In this document: positions 34,641 through 45,000 of the stretch, in pieces
Position numbering within the stretch: position 1 is the stretch's first letter
Layout of the letters: each line of letters starts with the position of its first letter
Source of the DNA: a virus
Lineage: Duplodnaviria; Caudoviricetes
Virus record (IMG/VR): IMGVR_UViG_3300037502_002706
Coordinates: 1-53,988 of that record
DNA: 53,988 bases
Direction: 5' to 3' (one strand)
Notes under the pieces: generated by a model
What the model was told of the DNA's origin: nothing
The model's input: the letters and a program-made list of their open reading frames with translations, nothing else
Database searches by the model: none
Position numbers and translations under genes: made by a program

Positions 34641-36487
34641 GCACCTGGGTGTTTGACACCGAAACGCTACCCAATCGCACGCTGTTCTGCGCCCTGAACG
34701 CGGACAGCGGCGAGTGGTTCGACCTCTGGCGTCACGAGCCGGAAGCGCCGGCGCGGCTGCGCGAGTTCTTGCAGCAGCCGGACGCCACGTTCGTCGGGTT
34801 CAACAGCCGAGAGTTTGACAACGTGGTGGTTGCGGCGTTCTGCGCCGGCCGTTCCGAGTCGGAGATAAAGCGCATCGCCGACGCGATCATCAACCAGCGG
34901 CTCGCCCCTTGGGCGGCGCTGCGCCAGTTCATGCTGCCGGAGCTGAAGTTCGACTGGATCGACCTCATCGAGGTCGCGCCTTCGTTCGTCGGGCTGAAGG
35001 CCTACGGCGCGCGCATGCACATGCCCCAGCTGCAGGACATGCCGATCGAGCACGACCAGCCGCTGCCCCCGGAGCGTGAGGTGGAGCTGCTCGGCTACTG
35101 CCATAACGACGTGGAGACCACCGCGGAGCTGCTGCGGCGGCTGGACGCGGAGCTTATGCTCCGGGTGGAGATGAGCCGCCGGTACGGCGTCGACATGCGC
35201 AGCAAGTCCGACGCGCAGATGGCCGAGCAGGCCTACGTCACGAGCATGGGCCTGCGCCGGCAGGACCAGCCTATACCGCCCACGGTGCGCTACCGGCCGC
35301 CGGAGTTCCTGCGGTTTGCGGACCCCACGCTACAAGCGCTGCTCGAGCGCGTATCCGAGCACACCTTTGACGTGAACAGCAAGACCGGGCACGTGGTGCT
35401 GCCGGACTTTCTGGGCGGGGTGACGGTGCGGTTCGGCGCCGGGGAGTACCAGCTCGGCGTGGGCGGCATTCACAGCGTGCACGACCGCCAGGTGTGCTAT
35501 GTCGCCGGGGAGGACGTCATATGCGACCTGGACGCGGCGTCGTTCTATCCGAGCATCATTCTTGAGTGCGGGTTCGTGCCTGCGGCGCTCGGCCAGCCGT
35601 TCATCGACGAGTACCGCAAGATTTACGAGCGCCGCCTAGCCGCCAAGCGTTCGGGCGACAAGGTGACCGACGCCACGCTGAAGATCGCACTCAACGGCAC
35701 ATTCGGCAAGCTCGCCAGCCGGTACTCGGTGTTGTACTCGCCGGACCTGATGCTCGCGGTGACGCTCACCGGGCAGTTCACGCTGCTGATGCTAATCGAG
35801 CGGCTCGAGGCCGCCGGAGCCACCACCCTGTCAGCCAACACCGACGGCATCGCTGTGCGCTATTCTCGGCAACTGGAGAGCGAGATTCAGCGCGTGGTGG
35901 CTGAGTTCGGTGCGCTGTCGCGGTTTTCGTTCGAGTTCACGCCGTATCGCGTGTTGGCGATGAAGGACGTTAACAACTACATCGCCGTCAAGCCCGACCG
36001 CTCGCTCAAGGTCAAGGGCATCTATGCTCCGTTGTCGCTCAAGAAGAACCCCACCGCGCAGGTCGCGGCCGATGCGGTAGGGCAGTGGCTCGCGCACGGC
36101 ACCCCGCTGGAGCAGACAGTTCGCGCGGCGCCGTTCTGCGACTTCATCAGTGCGCGCAACGTCACCGGCGGCGGCGAGCAGCTCGGCCAGCGGCTGGGTC
36201 GCGTGGTGCGCTGGTATCAGAGCAACGACCCCGCGCTGGAGCCCATCCGGTACAGCAAGAACGGCAACAAAGTGCCCAAGACCGACGGCGCCCGCGCCTG
36301 CATGCAGCTGCCCGACAAGGTGGCGCACCCGGCCGACTTGGACTACGAATGGTATCGCCGCGAGGCGGTGAAGATCGCCGTCGCGGTCGGCTGCGAGCGT
36401 TACCTGAGCGCCGAGGAGCTCGCGCTCATCGCCCCACCACCCAAGCAACGCAATCAACGCAACAAGGCTGAAAATGGAACCCGGTAA
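34637..36487 (+). CDS. DNA polymerase, family B-like, with 3'-5' exonuclease
   Basis: VFDTET, GFNS.EFD, YCHNDV; DLDAASFYPSI, KIALNGTFGK, SANTDG. Confidence 0.9.
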   Translation: MSTWVFDTETLPNRTLFCALNADSGEWFDLWRHEPEAPARLREFLQQPDATFVGFNSREFDNVVVAAFCAGRSESEIKRIADAIINQRLAPWAALRQFMLPELKFDWIDLIEVAPSFVGLKAYGARMHMPQLQDMPIEHDQPLPPEREVELLGYCHNDVETTAELLRRLDAELMLRVEMSRRYGVDMRSKSDAQMAEQAYVTSMGLRRQDQPIPPTVRYRPPEFLRFADPTLQALLERVSEHTFDVNSKTGHVVLPDFLGGVTVRFGAGEYQLGVGGIHSVHDRQVCYVAGEDVICDLDAASFYPSIILECGFVPAALGQPFIDEYRKIYERRLAAKRSGDKVTDATLKIALNGTFGKLASRYSVLYSPDLMLAVTLTGQFTLLMLIERLEAAGATTLSANTDGIAVRYSRQLESEIQRVVAEFGALSRFSFEFTPYRVLAMKDVNNYIAVKPDRSLKVKGIYAPLSLKKNPTAQVAADAVGQWLAHGTPLEQTVRAAPFCDFISARNVTGGGEQLGQRLGRVVRWYQSNDPALEPIRYSKNGNKVPKTDGARACMQLPDKVAHPADLDYEWYRREAVKIAVAVGCERYLSAEELALIAPPPKQRNQRNKAENGTR

Positions 36488-36845
36488 CACTCGCACCGTC
36501 TTCGTGGTGCAAGTCGACAACAGCAAAGACCTCAGCGACGCCAAGCGCTACGGCCAGCTGCGCGCTGTGTTTGGCAATCCGCGCAAGCCGTACGAAACCG
36601 ACCGCATGGTGCGCGCGGCGCGGCGGGTGCTCCGCGACTACCAGCCGGGCGACTACCTGCTGATGATTGGTGACCCGGCGCTCTGTGCGGTGTGTGCGGC
36701 GCTGGTAGCTGAGGTCAGCCCGGTGGTGCAGCTGCTCAGCTGGGACCGCAACCTGTTCCGCTACCTGCCCCAGCGGTGGGACCTGGACTATGCCGCGTTC
36801 GCCGACGACGAACCGGCCGACGATTTCCCCATGGCGGATGACTAA
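36474..36845 (+). CDS. Conserved small alpha/beta protein
   Basis: VFVVQ..D.S.A.RYG.L...DYLLMIGDP...LLSWDR...Y. Confidence 0.7.
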   Translation: MEPGNTRTVFVVQVDNSKDLSDAKRYGQLRAVFGNPRKPYETDRMVRAARRVLRDYQPGDYLLMIGDPALCAVCAALVAEVSPVVQLLSWDRNLFRYLPQRWDLDYAAFADDEPADDFPMADD

Positions 36846-36873
36846 CCGCCTCACTTCAGAAAGGAGAAACAAA

Positions 36874-37659
36874 ATGTCAAAAGAGAAGAGTGCAACTGCA
36901 GCGGCAGCCGCGCCGCCCCCGCCCGCCTGGCAGGCCGCCCTGCGTCGTGGCCCCCAGGCCGTACCCCCGCGGGTGGTCATTTACGGCGGCCACGGCATCG
37001 GCAAGTCCACGCTGGCGAGCCGCTTTCCGGATCCGATCTTCATTAGCACCGAGGACGGTCTCGACTCGCTGGACGTGACGAGCTTTCCCCGCGCGCAGCA
37101 GATCAGCGACGTAGTGGAAAACATCAAGACCCTGATCAAGGAGGAGCACTCGTTCCGCACCGTGGTCATCGACTCGGTGGACTGGCTCATTGAGCCGCTC
37201 ATCGTGAGCCACGTTGAGGCCTCGCACGAGGCGAAGGACCTGGCCTACGGCAAGGGCCAGATGCTCGTCGCGGAGGAGTTCCGCGAGATACTGCAGGGGT
37301 TGGACGTGCTGCGTCACAAGCGCGGCATGAACGTGGTGCTCATCGCTCACGCGGCGGTGGTGCGGTTTGAAGACCCCCGCACCGAGCCCTACGACCGCTA
37401 TCAGCCTAAGCTGCCCAACCGCTGCAACGCGCTGCTGCAGGAGTGGGCGGACGTGATCGCCTTCGCGGCGTTCAAGGTCATCATTCGCAAGTCGGACACC
37501 GGGTTCAACAACCAGAAAACCCGCGGCGTCACCACCGGCGAGCGGCTGCTGCACTTCACTGACAACCCCGCCTTCGCGGCCAAGAACCGCTTCAACTGCC
37601 CGGACGAGGTCGAGATGTCGATCGAGAACCTGGAAAAGCTGATCCCCATCGCTAAGTGA
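36874..37659 (+). CDS. sak4: AAA_24 / Sak4-like ATPase (single-strand annealing protein)
   Basis: IYGGHGIGKST, TVVIDSVDW, YGKG, LIAH, AKNR. Followed by an SSB gene. Confidence 0.8.
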   Translation: MSKEKSATAAAAAPPPPAWQAALRRGPQAVPPRVVIYGGHGIGKSTLASRFPDPIFISTEDGLDSLDVTSFPRAQQISDVVENIKTLIKEEHSFRTVVIDSVDWLIEPLIVSHVEASHEAKDLAYGKGQMLVAEEFREILQGLDVLRHKRGMNVVLIAHAAVVRFEDPRTEPYDRYQPKLPNRCNALLQEWADVIAFAAFKVIIRKSDTGFNNQKTRGVTTGERLLHFTDNPAFAAKNRFNCPDEVEMSIENLEKLIPIAK

Positions 37660-37683
37660 ACCCCAACGAAAGGACAAATTACC

Positions 37684-38199
37684 ATGGCTAAGTTTGGCTT
37701 CGACGTCGCTGACGTCACCCCCGACTCCGGCGCCCCCGCCGGCGGCAATTACGACCCCATTCCCGAGGGCGAGTACCATCTCAAGGCTATCGACGCCGAG
37801 GAGCGCCCCACCAGCCGCGGCGACGGCAGCTACATTAAGGTGAAGTTCGAGGTGCTCAAGGGCGAGCACGCCGGCCGCTGGCTGTGGCAGAACTTCAACA
37901 TCAACAACCCCAGCCCCCGCGCGCAGCAGATCGGCCGCCAGCAGCTCGTGGCCTGGGCGGCGGCCTGCGGCCGGCCCGAGGCCGACGACACCGACAAGCT
38001 GCTCGAGCGGCCGTTCCGCGCCGATGTGATGATCGAGAAGGGTAACGCCGGGTACAAGGACAGCAACCGCATTCGGGCGTTCCTGTTTGAGCAGGCGGGC
38101 GCGGCGCCGGCCCCTGCGCCCCGGACCCCGGCCGCGCCGCGGGCAGCCGCTCCGGCGCCGGCACCCGCCGCCGGTGGTGCAAAGAACCCCTGGGACTGA
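37684..38199 (+). CDS. ssb: DUF669-like single-stranded DNA-binding protein
   Basis: YDPIPEGEY, F.VL.GEHAGR, Pro/Ala tail ending KNPWD. Confidence 0.8.
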   Translation: MAKFGFDVADVTPDSGAPAGGNYDPIPEGEYHLKAIDAEERPTSRGDGSYIKVKFEVLKGEHAGRWLWQNFNINNPSPRAQQIGRQQLVAWAAACGRPEADDTDKLLERPFRADVMIEKGNAGYKDSNRIRAFLFEQAGAAPAPAPRTPAAPRAAAPAPAPAAGGAKNPWD

Positions 38200-38209
38200 G
38201 CGCGCCGCC

Positions 38210-38302
38210 GTGCTCGAGCATGCTCTCTGCCTGGTGCTCGCTGCGGCGGCCGCGTACGCGGGTTACCGCTGCGGGCGCTGGGTTGAGAGCTGCAAGCGCT
38301 GA
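38210..38302 (+). CDS. Possible small membrane peptide
   Basis: GTG start, hydrophobic LCLVLAAAAAYAGY, no clear RBS. Confidence 0.3.
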   Translation: MLEHALCLVLAAAAAYAGYRCGRWVESCKR

Positions 38303-38489
38303 AACACTATGAGGTGGCCTAGAGCACAGCGGTCAGCCTACACGCGTAAGCCGGCGTTGATCGGCGTCGTTACCTTTACCCAACACGCTTACGGTGGCGT
38401 TTCCTGTGCTGCGGCGTCCTGAGCGGAGGGGGCGGGTGGGCGCCCGCCCGACCCCCTGGCGCTCGAATTGACTTAGGAGTTCAAGGACC

Positions 38490-39326
38490 ATGGTAGCTAT
38501 TCCGCCCAAGCCCGAGCAGCAAGTGATTGACCGGGTGTACATGGCGATCGAGAAAGAAAAGACAAAGCCCGAGCTGTACCTGGGTCGGCTGGGGTCGTCG
38601 TTCATCGGCGAGGAGTGCCTGCGCCAGGTGTGGCTCGACTGGCGGGGGTTCGCCCGGGAGGAGTTCGAGGGGCGGATGCTCAGGTTGTTTGAGACCGGCC
38701 ACCTGCAGGAGGCGCGCATCGTAGCCGACCTGCGCCGGGCGGGGTTTGCGGTCTGGGACCAGCAGCCCGACGGCCGCCAGTACGAGTGGCAAGACGCCTC
38801 GGGGCACTTCATAACCAAGGTGGACGGCGTCGTCAAGGACGTACCCGAGAGCGACAAGCCGCACCTGCTTGAGGTTAAGACGCACAACAAGAACAGCTTC
38901 TCCGCGCTGCAGAAGAAGGGCGTGCAGGAGGCCAAACCCACCCACTACGCGCAGATGCAGATCAGCATGGCGCTCGGCGGCTTTACCCGTGCGCTCTACG
39001 TCGCGGTGTGCAAGGACGACGAGCAGTTCTACGTTGAGCGCATCCGCGAAGACAAACCCGAGCAGGAGAAGCTGCAGCGCAAGGTCGTCAGACTGGTTGA
39101 GGCGCGGCTCCGCCCCGCGGGCATCAGCGACGACGGCAGCAGCTTCGGCTGCAAGTACTGCGCCCAGCGCCGGGTTTGCACCCGCGAGGTTGAACCGCTA
39201 CGCCACTGCCGCACGTGCACGATGTGCACCCCGGGGCCGGAGGGCAAGTGGGTTTGCGAGCTGAACAAGGACACGCTCAGCCTAGACCGCCAGCGCCTGG
39301 GCTGCGAACACTACGAGGCGCTATGA
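38490..39326 (+). CDS. Cas4-like PD-(D/E)xK exonuclease
   Basis: LGSS.IG.EC.R, FETGH..E, KVDG...LLEVKT, HYAQMQ, CKYC..C and CRTC. Confidence 0.85.
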   Translation: MVAIPPKPEQQVIDRVYMAIEKEKTKPELYLGRLGSSFIGEECLRQVWLDWRGFAREEFEGRMLRLFETGHLQEARIVADLRRAGFAVWDQQPDGRQYEWQDASGHFITKVDGVVKDVPESDKPHLLEVKTHNKNSFSALQKKGVQEAKPTHYAQMQISMALGGFTRALYVAVCKDDEQFYVERIREDKPEQEKLQRKVVRLVEARLRPAGISDDGSSFGCKYCAQRRVCTREVEPLRHCRTCTMCTPGPEGKWVCELNKDTLSLDRQRLGCEHYEAL

Positions 39327-39802
39327 TGATCACCGTCGGCATAGACCCCGGCCTGGACGGCGCGGTGGGCATACTGCGCGACGGCGCCTACCTCGCCGTT
39401 GAGGACATGCCGGTCGTCACCAAGGGCGCGGGCACCGTCAAGCGGGAGGTAGACCCCGCGGGGCTCATCGCGCTGCTGCGGCAGCACGTGCCGGCCGACT
39501 CGGCCGCGGCGGTGGCGCTTGAGCGGGTGAACGCCCGGCCCGGGCAGGGCACCTCGTCGGTGTTCAGCCTCGGCGACTCGTTCGGCTGTGCGCGTTCGGC
39601 GGTGGCGGCCTGCCGGTTCGAGCTCGTGTACGTGGTCCCCGCGCAGTGGAAAAAACACTTCAAGCTGCCGAGCGACAAAGAGGTCGCCCGGGCGTTGGCG
39701 GTGCGGCTGTTTCCCGGTGCGCCGCTACACCTCAAGAAGCACGCAGATCGTGCCGAGGCGCTCCTGCTCGCCCGTTGGCTACACGAGGCCCACCACGCGT
39801 GA
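39323..39802 (+). CDS. ruvC: RuvC-like Holliday junction resolvase
   Basis: VGIDPGLDGA, LERV.ARPGQG.SS.FS.G, P.QWKK, DRAEALLLA. Confidence 0.85.
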   Translation: MMITVGIDPGLDGAVGILRDGAYLAVEDMPVVTKGAGTVKREVDPAGLIALLRQHVPADSAAAVALERVNARPGQGTSSVFSLGDSFGCARSAVAACRFELVYVVPAQWKKHFKLPSDKEVARALAVRLFPGAPLHLKKHADRAEALLLARWLHEAHHA

Positions 39803-40068
39803 GCTGGGAGCTTATACGGCAGCTGCTAGGCCCGGGGCTGCACTGGGGCCGGACGCAGGCCGAGCTGCGCGCAGCGATTGCCGAGGCCGAGCGCCTGGGC
39901 GAGGCGGACGCCGCCGAGCACTTACGCATCATCCTGCGCCTGCGCAACGACGTCTGCATGGAGCGGGAAGAAAAGACCCCCGCAGCCCAGGAGAGGGAAA
40001 GCTGCGGGGGCCAAAACCCGGGCGCCTCGAGGGGAGACAAACCTGCGCCCGGGGCAACTGCAAGCTGA
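39799..40068 (+). CDS. Hypothetical protein
   Basis: GTGA overlap with the resolvase gene, last gene of the plus arm. Confidence 0.55.
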   Translation: MSWELIRQLLGPGLHWGRTQAELRAAIAEAERLGEADAAEHLRIILRLRNDVCMEREEKTPAAQERESCGGQNPGASRGDKPAPGATAS

Positions 40069-40070
40069 GT

Positions 40071-42074
40071 TTAACGCTGGCCGGCGCGCTGGCGATCTTC
40101 GGCGGCGACGTCTTCCTCCAGGCTGCGGCTGAGCGGCAAGTTTTCTTCTTTGCCAACGTCGCGCTCAAGCCTGCGCTCGGGCCCCTCGGGCAGCGGCGCC
40201 GGGGGTAGAGCTGCGGTGGTGCCTGTCACTGCGCCGGCCTCAGCCGCCGAGGCACGCACCGCCCGCGGCACGGCCGCGGCGTTCATCTTCTCCAGCGCCT
40301 GCACCACTGCAGCTACTTCGGCCGGGTCGCGCGCCGTGAGCATGCGCGCCAGCTGCTCAGCGGTTTTCTCGGTCATCTGCGCCTTGCTAATCGCGCCCAG
40401 CACCAGTGAGGACAAGCCCCCGCGAGCGCCACCGGTCACGGTGCTCTCAATGGCCTCGCCCAGGCTTGAGCCGCTGCCCTGAATGGCCGCGATCAGCTGC
40501 TGGTTCTCGGCGGTGTCCGAGCCGCCCAGAATGCGGCTGGCCTGCGTGTAGAGCTGCGACTCGCGCTCCAGCGCCGCCTTGAACAGCTTGAACTCGGCCG
40601 GGCTGTCAAACAGCGGCTGCATCTTCGCTTGAAGTTCGGGCGAGCCGATGAGCCGCTGCGCGGCGTTGAAGTTGCCCGACGGGTCCATCACCTTGGAGTA
40701 CAGGTTGCGCGCCACCCCGGTGCGGAAGGCTTCTTTCTCGCTGGGCGTCATACCCGCCACCATCTTGATGACCTGCTCATGGTCGAGCTTGTTAAAGTCG
40801 TTGAACCCGCGGCGCAGCGAGTCAATCACCTCCATGTCGCCCGCGTAGCCCTTGAGCGCGGTGCCGTACTCGGGCACGGTAGTCTTCAGCGTGTCGCGCA
40901 GTTCGTTGCGGATGTCTTTGAGCACGCCGATGTTGGCGCGGGTGGCGGCGTTCTCCGAGGCGTAGCCGGTCTTGATCTGCGCATCCAGCGCCCGCTTCAT
41001 GTAGTCCAGTGTACGCACATCGGGCACTTCCTTAGTGCGTAGCCCCACCACGCTGCCGTCCGGCGCGGTGATGAACTCGTAAACCTCGCGCAGCTTGAAC
41101 TGGCTGGGATCTTCACCACGAATCTTGGCCAGCGAGGCCTCGGCGTCAGCAATCTTGCGGGCGGTGTCCCAGGCGCTCTTCATCTCCGGGGTGTCCACGA
41201 TGCGCATGATCTTCGGGTCTGACACCTCGCCCACCGCGTAGGCCGCGTCGTACATGCCACGGGCTTTGTTGCGCAGGTCGCTGACGAGTTGCTCCTCCTC
41301 GGCGTAGAAATCCTTAGGCTTGAGCCCTCGGACCGTCTGCTGGTAGGCGCGCTCGCGGGCGCCCAGCTTCTGGCGGCCGAGTTGCTCCTCCAGGCGCTCG
41401 GTGCCGGGGCCGCCCACCTTGGCGGCGCCCCGGGCCAGCCGGGCAGTGGCGGGGCTGACGTTGGCCACCATGGACGGCACCCCCATGGCGCGGTCGGCGG
41501 CCATTGCCGCCTCCATCTGCTGCGGGGTCATGCCGGTGCGCTGCTGTACCGCCTCGCCCAGCAGCCGGGTGGCGCGCTCCTTGGCGGCGCCTTCGGTGGG
41601 GAAAAGTCGCTCTCGGGTCCAGTTCAAGCCACCTTTCACCGTGCGCATAACGGCCGGCGTGGCCACCCCGAGCACCCCACCGATGAGCGTGCCGGTGCCC
41701 GCCCCGCTGAGGCGGTCACCCTCCTCAGCCGAGCCGGCTCCGGACACCGCTCCCGTGGCAGCACCCATGGCGCCCAGCCGCGCCAGCGCCCCGGCGGTGC
41801 TGCGGGTGAGCTGCGCGGCGCCGGCCGGCTGCCCCCCGGGCACCAGCATGGCCGCCACCCCGGGCAACGCCCCGCCGGCGAACTCCAAGGCTCCCGAGGT
41901 GAACGGGTTCCGCGCCGCATATTGCGCGTACTCGCCGCGGATCTTCTTGAGCTGGTCCTCATAGCTGCCCTGGCCCATGCGCGAGCGCAGCCACGCTTCG
42001 GCCTCGTCGCCCCAGCCCATGCCGAGGCCCTGGCCCAACGCGGCGCGGGCCGCTCCGGTGAGGTTGTCTGCCAT
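40071..42074 (-). CDS. Internal virion / DNA ejection protein
   Basis: QGLGMGWGDEAEA and GA..GAGSAE glycine-zipper N-terminus, long helical body, last gene of the virion operon. Confidence 0.7.
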   Translation of the reverse strand: MADNLTGAARAALGQGLGMGWGDEAEAWLRSRMGQGSYEDQLKKIRGEYAQYAARNPFTSGALEFAGGALPGVAAMLVPGGQPAGAAQLTRSTAGALARLGAMGAATGAVSGAGSAEEGDRLSGAGTGTLIGGVLGVATPAVMRTVKGGLNWTRERLFPTEGAAKERATRLLGEAVQQRTGMTPQQMEAAMAADRAMGVPSMVANVSPATARLARGAAKVGGPGTERLEEQLGRQKLGARERAYQQTVRGLKPKDFYAEEEQLVSDLRNKARGMYDAAYAVGEVSDPKIMRIVDTPEMKSAWDTARKIADAEASLAKIRGEDPSQFKLREVYEFITAPDGSVVGLRTKEVPDVRTLDYMKRALDAQIKTGYASENAATRANIGVLKDIRNELRDTLKTTVPEYGTALKGYAGDMEVIDSLRRGFNDFNKLDHEQVIKMVAGMTPSEKEAFRTGVARNLYSKVMDPSGNFNAAQRLIGSPELQAKMQPLFDSPAEFKLFKAALERESQLYTQASRILGGSDTAENQQLIAAIQGSGSSLGEAIESTVTGGARGGLSSLVLGAISKAQMTEKTAEQLARMLTARDPAEVAAVVQALEKMNAAAVPRAVRASAAEAGAVTGTTAALPPAPLPEGPERRLERDVGKEENLPLSRSLEEDVAAEDRQRAGQR

Positions 42075-42075
42075 G

Positions 42076-45000
42076 TTACTCGGCCTCCGTCTTCTCGCCG
42101 TACAAACCGGCCTTGATGTCTTCCAGGCGCCGGCGGTGGGCCGCCCGGCGGTCGCGCAGCACGCGGAAGGCGTTCTTCAGAATCTGCTCGCGCTCCTCGC
42201 GGCTCTTGGCGCCGATGCCCGAGAGGTCCATCAAGATGGCCCGCTCGCCTTCGGTCGGCGCACCGCCGAACGTGGCGCGGAGCTTGGCCAGCGCCTGCTC
42301 GCCCAGCAGGTTCTCCATTTCTCGCGTGGCGATGAGCTTCTTGTCCTTGCTGCCCGCGGCCTCCAACACCTTGCGCTGCGCCATGTCGGGCAGCGAGGCG
42401 TCGAACGCCTTAGGGCTGAGCTCGTAAGCCCGCTGCAGCATGCTGAGCGCGGAGTCGGCCGACTGTACAAGGTCTTCCGTCTCAGTCTTGAGCTTGACCT
42501 CACCCGGGGTGAGCTTCTTGGTCGCGGCCTCGGCGCGCACATCTTTCTTCTGCGCCAGCGCGAGCTGCGCAGCTGCGGTGCTCATCTGCGCCACCATGGC
42601 GTTGATCTGCGTCATCTGCTGGTCGATGCGGGTGTCGCTGATCTGCTTGACGCGGGCCTGGAACTCCGGCGTGCCGGGGGTGAGGCCTTCGTCCTGCGCC
42701 TGCTTGCCTGCCGAGCTGACGGGGTCGTTCTTCTTGACCCACTCCTTGAGCAGCTCGGTGGCCACGGCGCGTTTGGATTCCTCTTCCTTTGCGGCCAGCC
42801 CGCGCAGGGTGGTGACGTCCTCCTTGGCGCCCTGCATGCGTGCCTGCTGCGCGGTGAGCCCGAGCTGCAGCTTTTGCGCGGCGGAGGCCCGGGCGGCTTC
42901 GCGCTCGGCTTTCTTTTGCTCGGCCACTGCGCCTGCGGCCTTGCCCAGGCCCTCGCCAAAGCTGCCGGTCTTGCCCGGGTCGGCGAACGCCGCCGCAAGC
43001 CGGAAGTACAGCTCGGATTTGGACGGCGCTTGCTCCGGCTGCGCAATCGCCTGCTGCAGCAGCCGCTCAAACGCAGCCGTCTCGCGCTGCGCGGCCTGCC
43101 TGGCAGCCGCCAGCTCCTGCCCGTAGTTCATGCCGCCGGCACCAGGCTGCATGTACTTGGCGAGCATGCTCTCTAGGTTCATCGGCTGCGGGGCGGCCGC
43201 GGGTGCTCCCGTAGCTGCTGGAGCCGTTATGGGCGCAGCACCCACCCCGGACGGCGGCTGGGCGCCATACTCTTCGGCCAAAGTTGCGAAGTCTTTGTCC
43301 CGGTCGCTGTCGGTGTTCAGCCCACCGATCTGGAACCGCTTGAGCTTCACTGCGCCGCCCTTGGCAAAGTTGTACCCCTGGCCACGCATCCAGTCAATGT
43401 CAGCCTGCGAAGTGCCCTGCGCCATCAGCTGGTCGGGCCTTACCCCCTGCGCGTTGAACCAGGAGATCTTCTTGGCCGGGTCGTAGCTACCCCAGTCAGA
43501 CGGCAGCAATGACATCAAATCCCTGGGTCCCGCAACTTGTGCCGCGGGGGAAGTGGTGGGTTGAGTCACGGGCAGCGAAGTAGTAGCGGCCTGGGTGGCG
43601 GGCAGGGCAGTTGTTGCCGTTTCACCTGGCGGCAAGAAACTTTGTATATTTCCCGCCCGGGCGTTGGGGTTGTCCGCGTTTACGGTCGGCAACGCAGACA
43701 GGTCGTTTACGGTTCCACCAAACTCAGAAGCATATTTCCGTGCCTCGGCCAACGTGCCAAAAGAAGCGGCGCTGCCTCCTCTGTTCACGATATAAGGCCG
43801 GTGCCCAGCCTTCATGCTTATCGTGGGGGCCAGCTTTTCGGGCAAAATTTGCGCGCTGGATCTTGTCAGGGCTGAGGGCTTGAGGCCGAGAGACCGCGCC
43901 AGCTCTTGGTCAGCTTTAAGCCCCTCTAAGGCTCCGGGGCCTTTGATTGCAGCGAGCGGGTCTTTGGTCCAGTCGTACACGGTTCCGTAACCGCCCGCGG
44001 CGAGATCTTCAAAATCTATTCCATGGTCGGATCCGGATCCTCGGTATAGGTCTCCCGGTTTATAGCCTATCTTATTAAACTCCAGTCCCTGCCCTATCCC
44101 CAAGGCGTCGTTGATGTTGATTCCGTACTTTTGAGCGTTACGCAAAAGTTCGGGGGCGCTGAATACAGAAGAAGAGAGCTTTTCACCGGCTTCGTTGTAA
44201 TAGCTAATAGCTTGAGGCTGTCCTCTGAGGTCCAACGTTACCCCCAACCTGCCGGACCGCAGAACGGGCGTTTTGTAGTCTGCCCCCACGTACCAGCTAG
44301 CGCCGGTTTGAGCGGCGGGCATTGCTTGGGTTTCTTGAGCGGCAGAAACGCCCCCCGCCGGCTGCTCACTCGGCGTTTGTGCTGCCGGCTGCCCCGCGCC
44401 GCCGGCCGCGCTGGCGGTGCGCACGGTAGGTGTACCGGTATAGCGTTCGGCCATCTGCCCCAGCGTTTGCACCGGCTCGGCCGATGCAGCCGATTGGGCA
44501 GCGGGTACGGCACTGGCAGCACCAACCGCTGTTCCGCCGGCTGCCGCCGCGGACGGGTTGTAGCCGTTGCTGGCCATCCAGTCGATGTCGGCCTGGGGCA
44601 CGCCGGCGGCGCGCAGTTCGGTCGCGGTGACTCGGTTCTGGTTAAACCAGCGGATTTTCTCCTGCGGATCGGTAATCCCGCTCCACCCCGCAGGGAGCAT
44701 GGCTTTGACGTCGCGCACCGATGCCGCAGCCGGAGCAGCGACCACCGCGGGGGCGGCGGTGACAACGCCTAACGGCTTGACGGTGGGTTGTGTTCTGACG
44801 TCGGGTTGTGCCGGGGCGGGTGTGGGTGCGGGCGTGCCGAACCGCGATTTGCTCACCAGGTAGGCCCAGTCAGCGTCCGATTGCCTGCCGTAGGCTTGTT
44901 CAGCCATGGTGCGCGCCTGGGCATCGGTCAGCCCCGCAGCGCGCAGGCGTTCGTACTCGGCAATCTTTTGCGCCTCGGTGGTCAGCCCGGTGCGAATGGT

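Noticed and set aside
38490-39326. CRISPR-Cas locus suggested by the Cas4-like nuclease
   Set aside because: No repeat-spacer array or other cas genes were seen. Solo Cas4-like nucleases are common in phage recombination modules.
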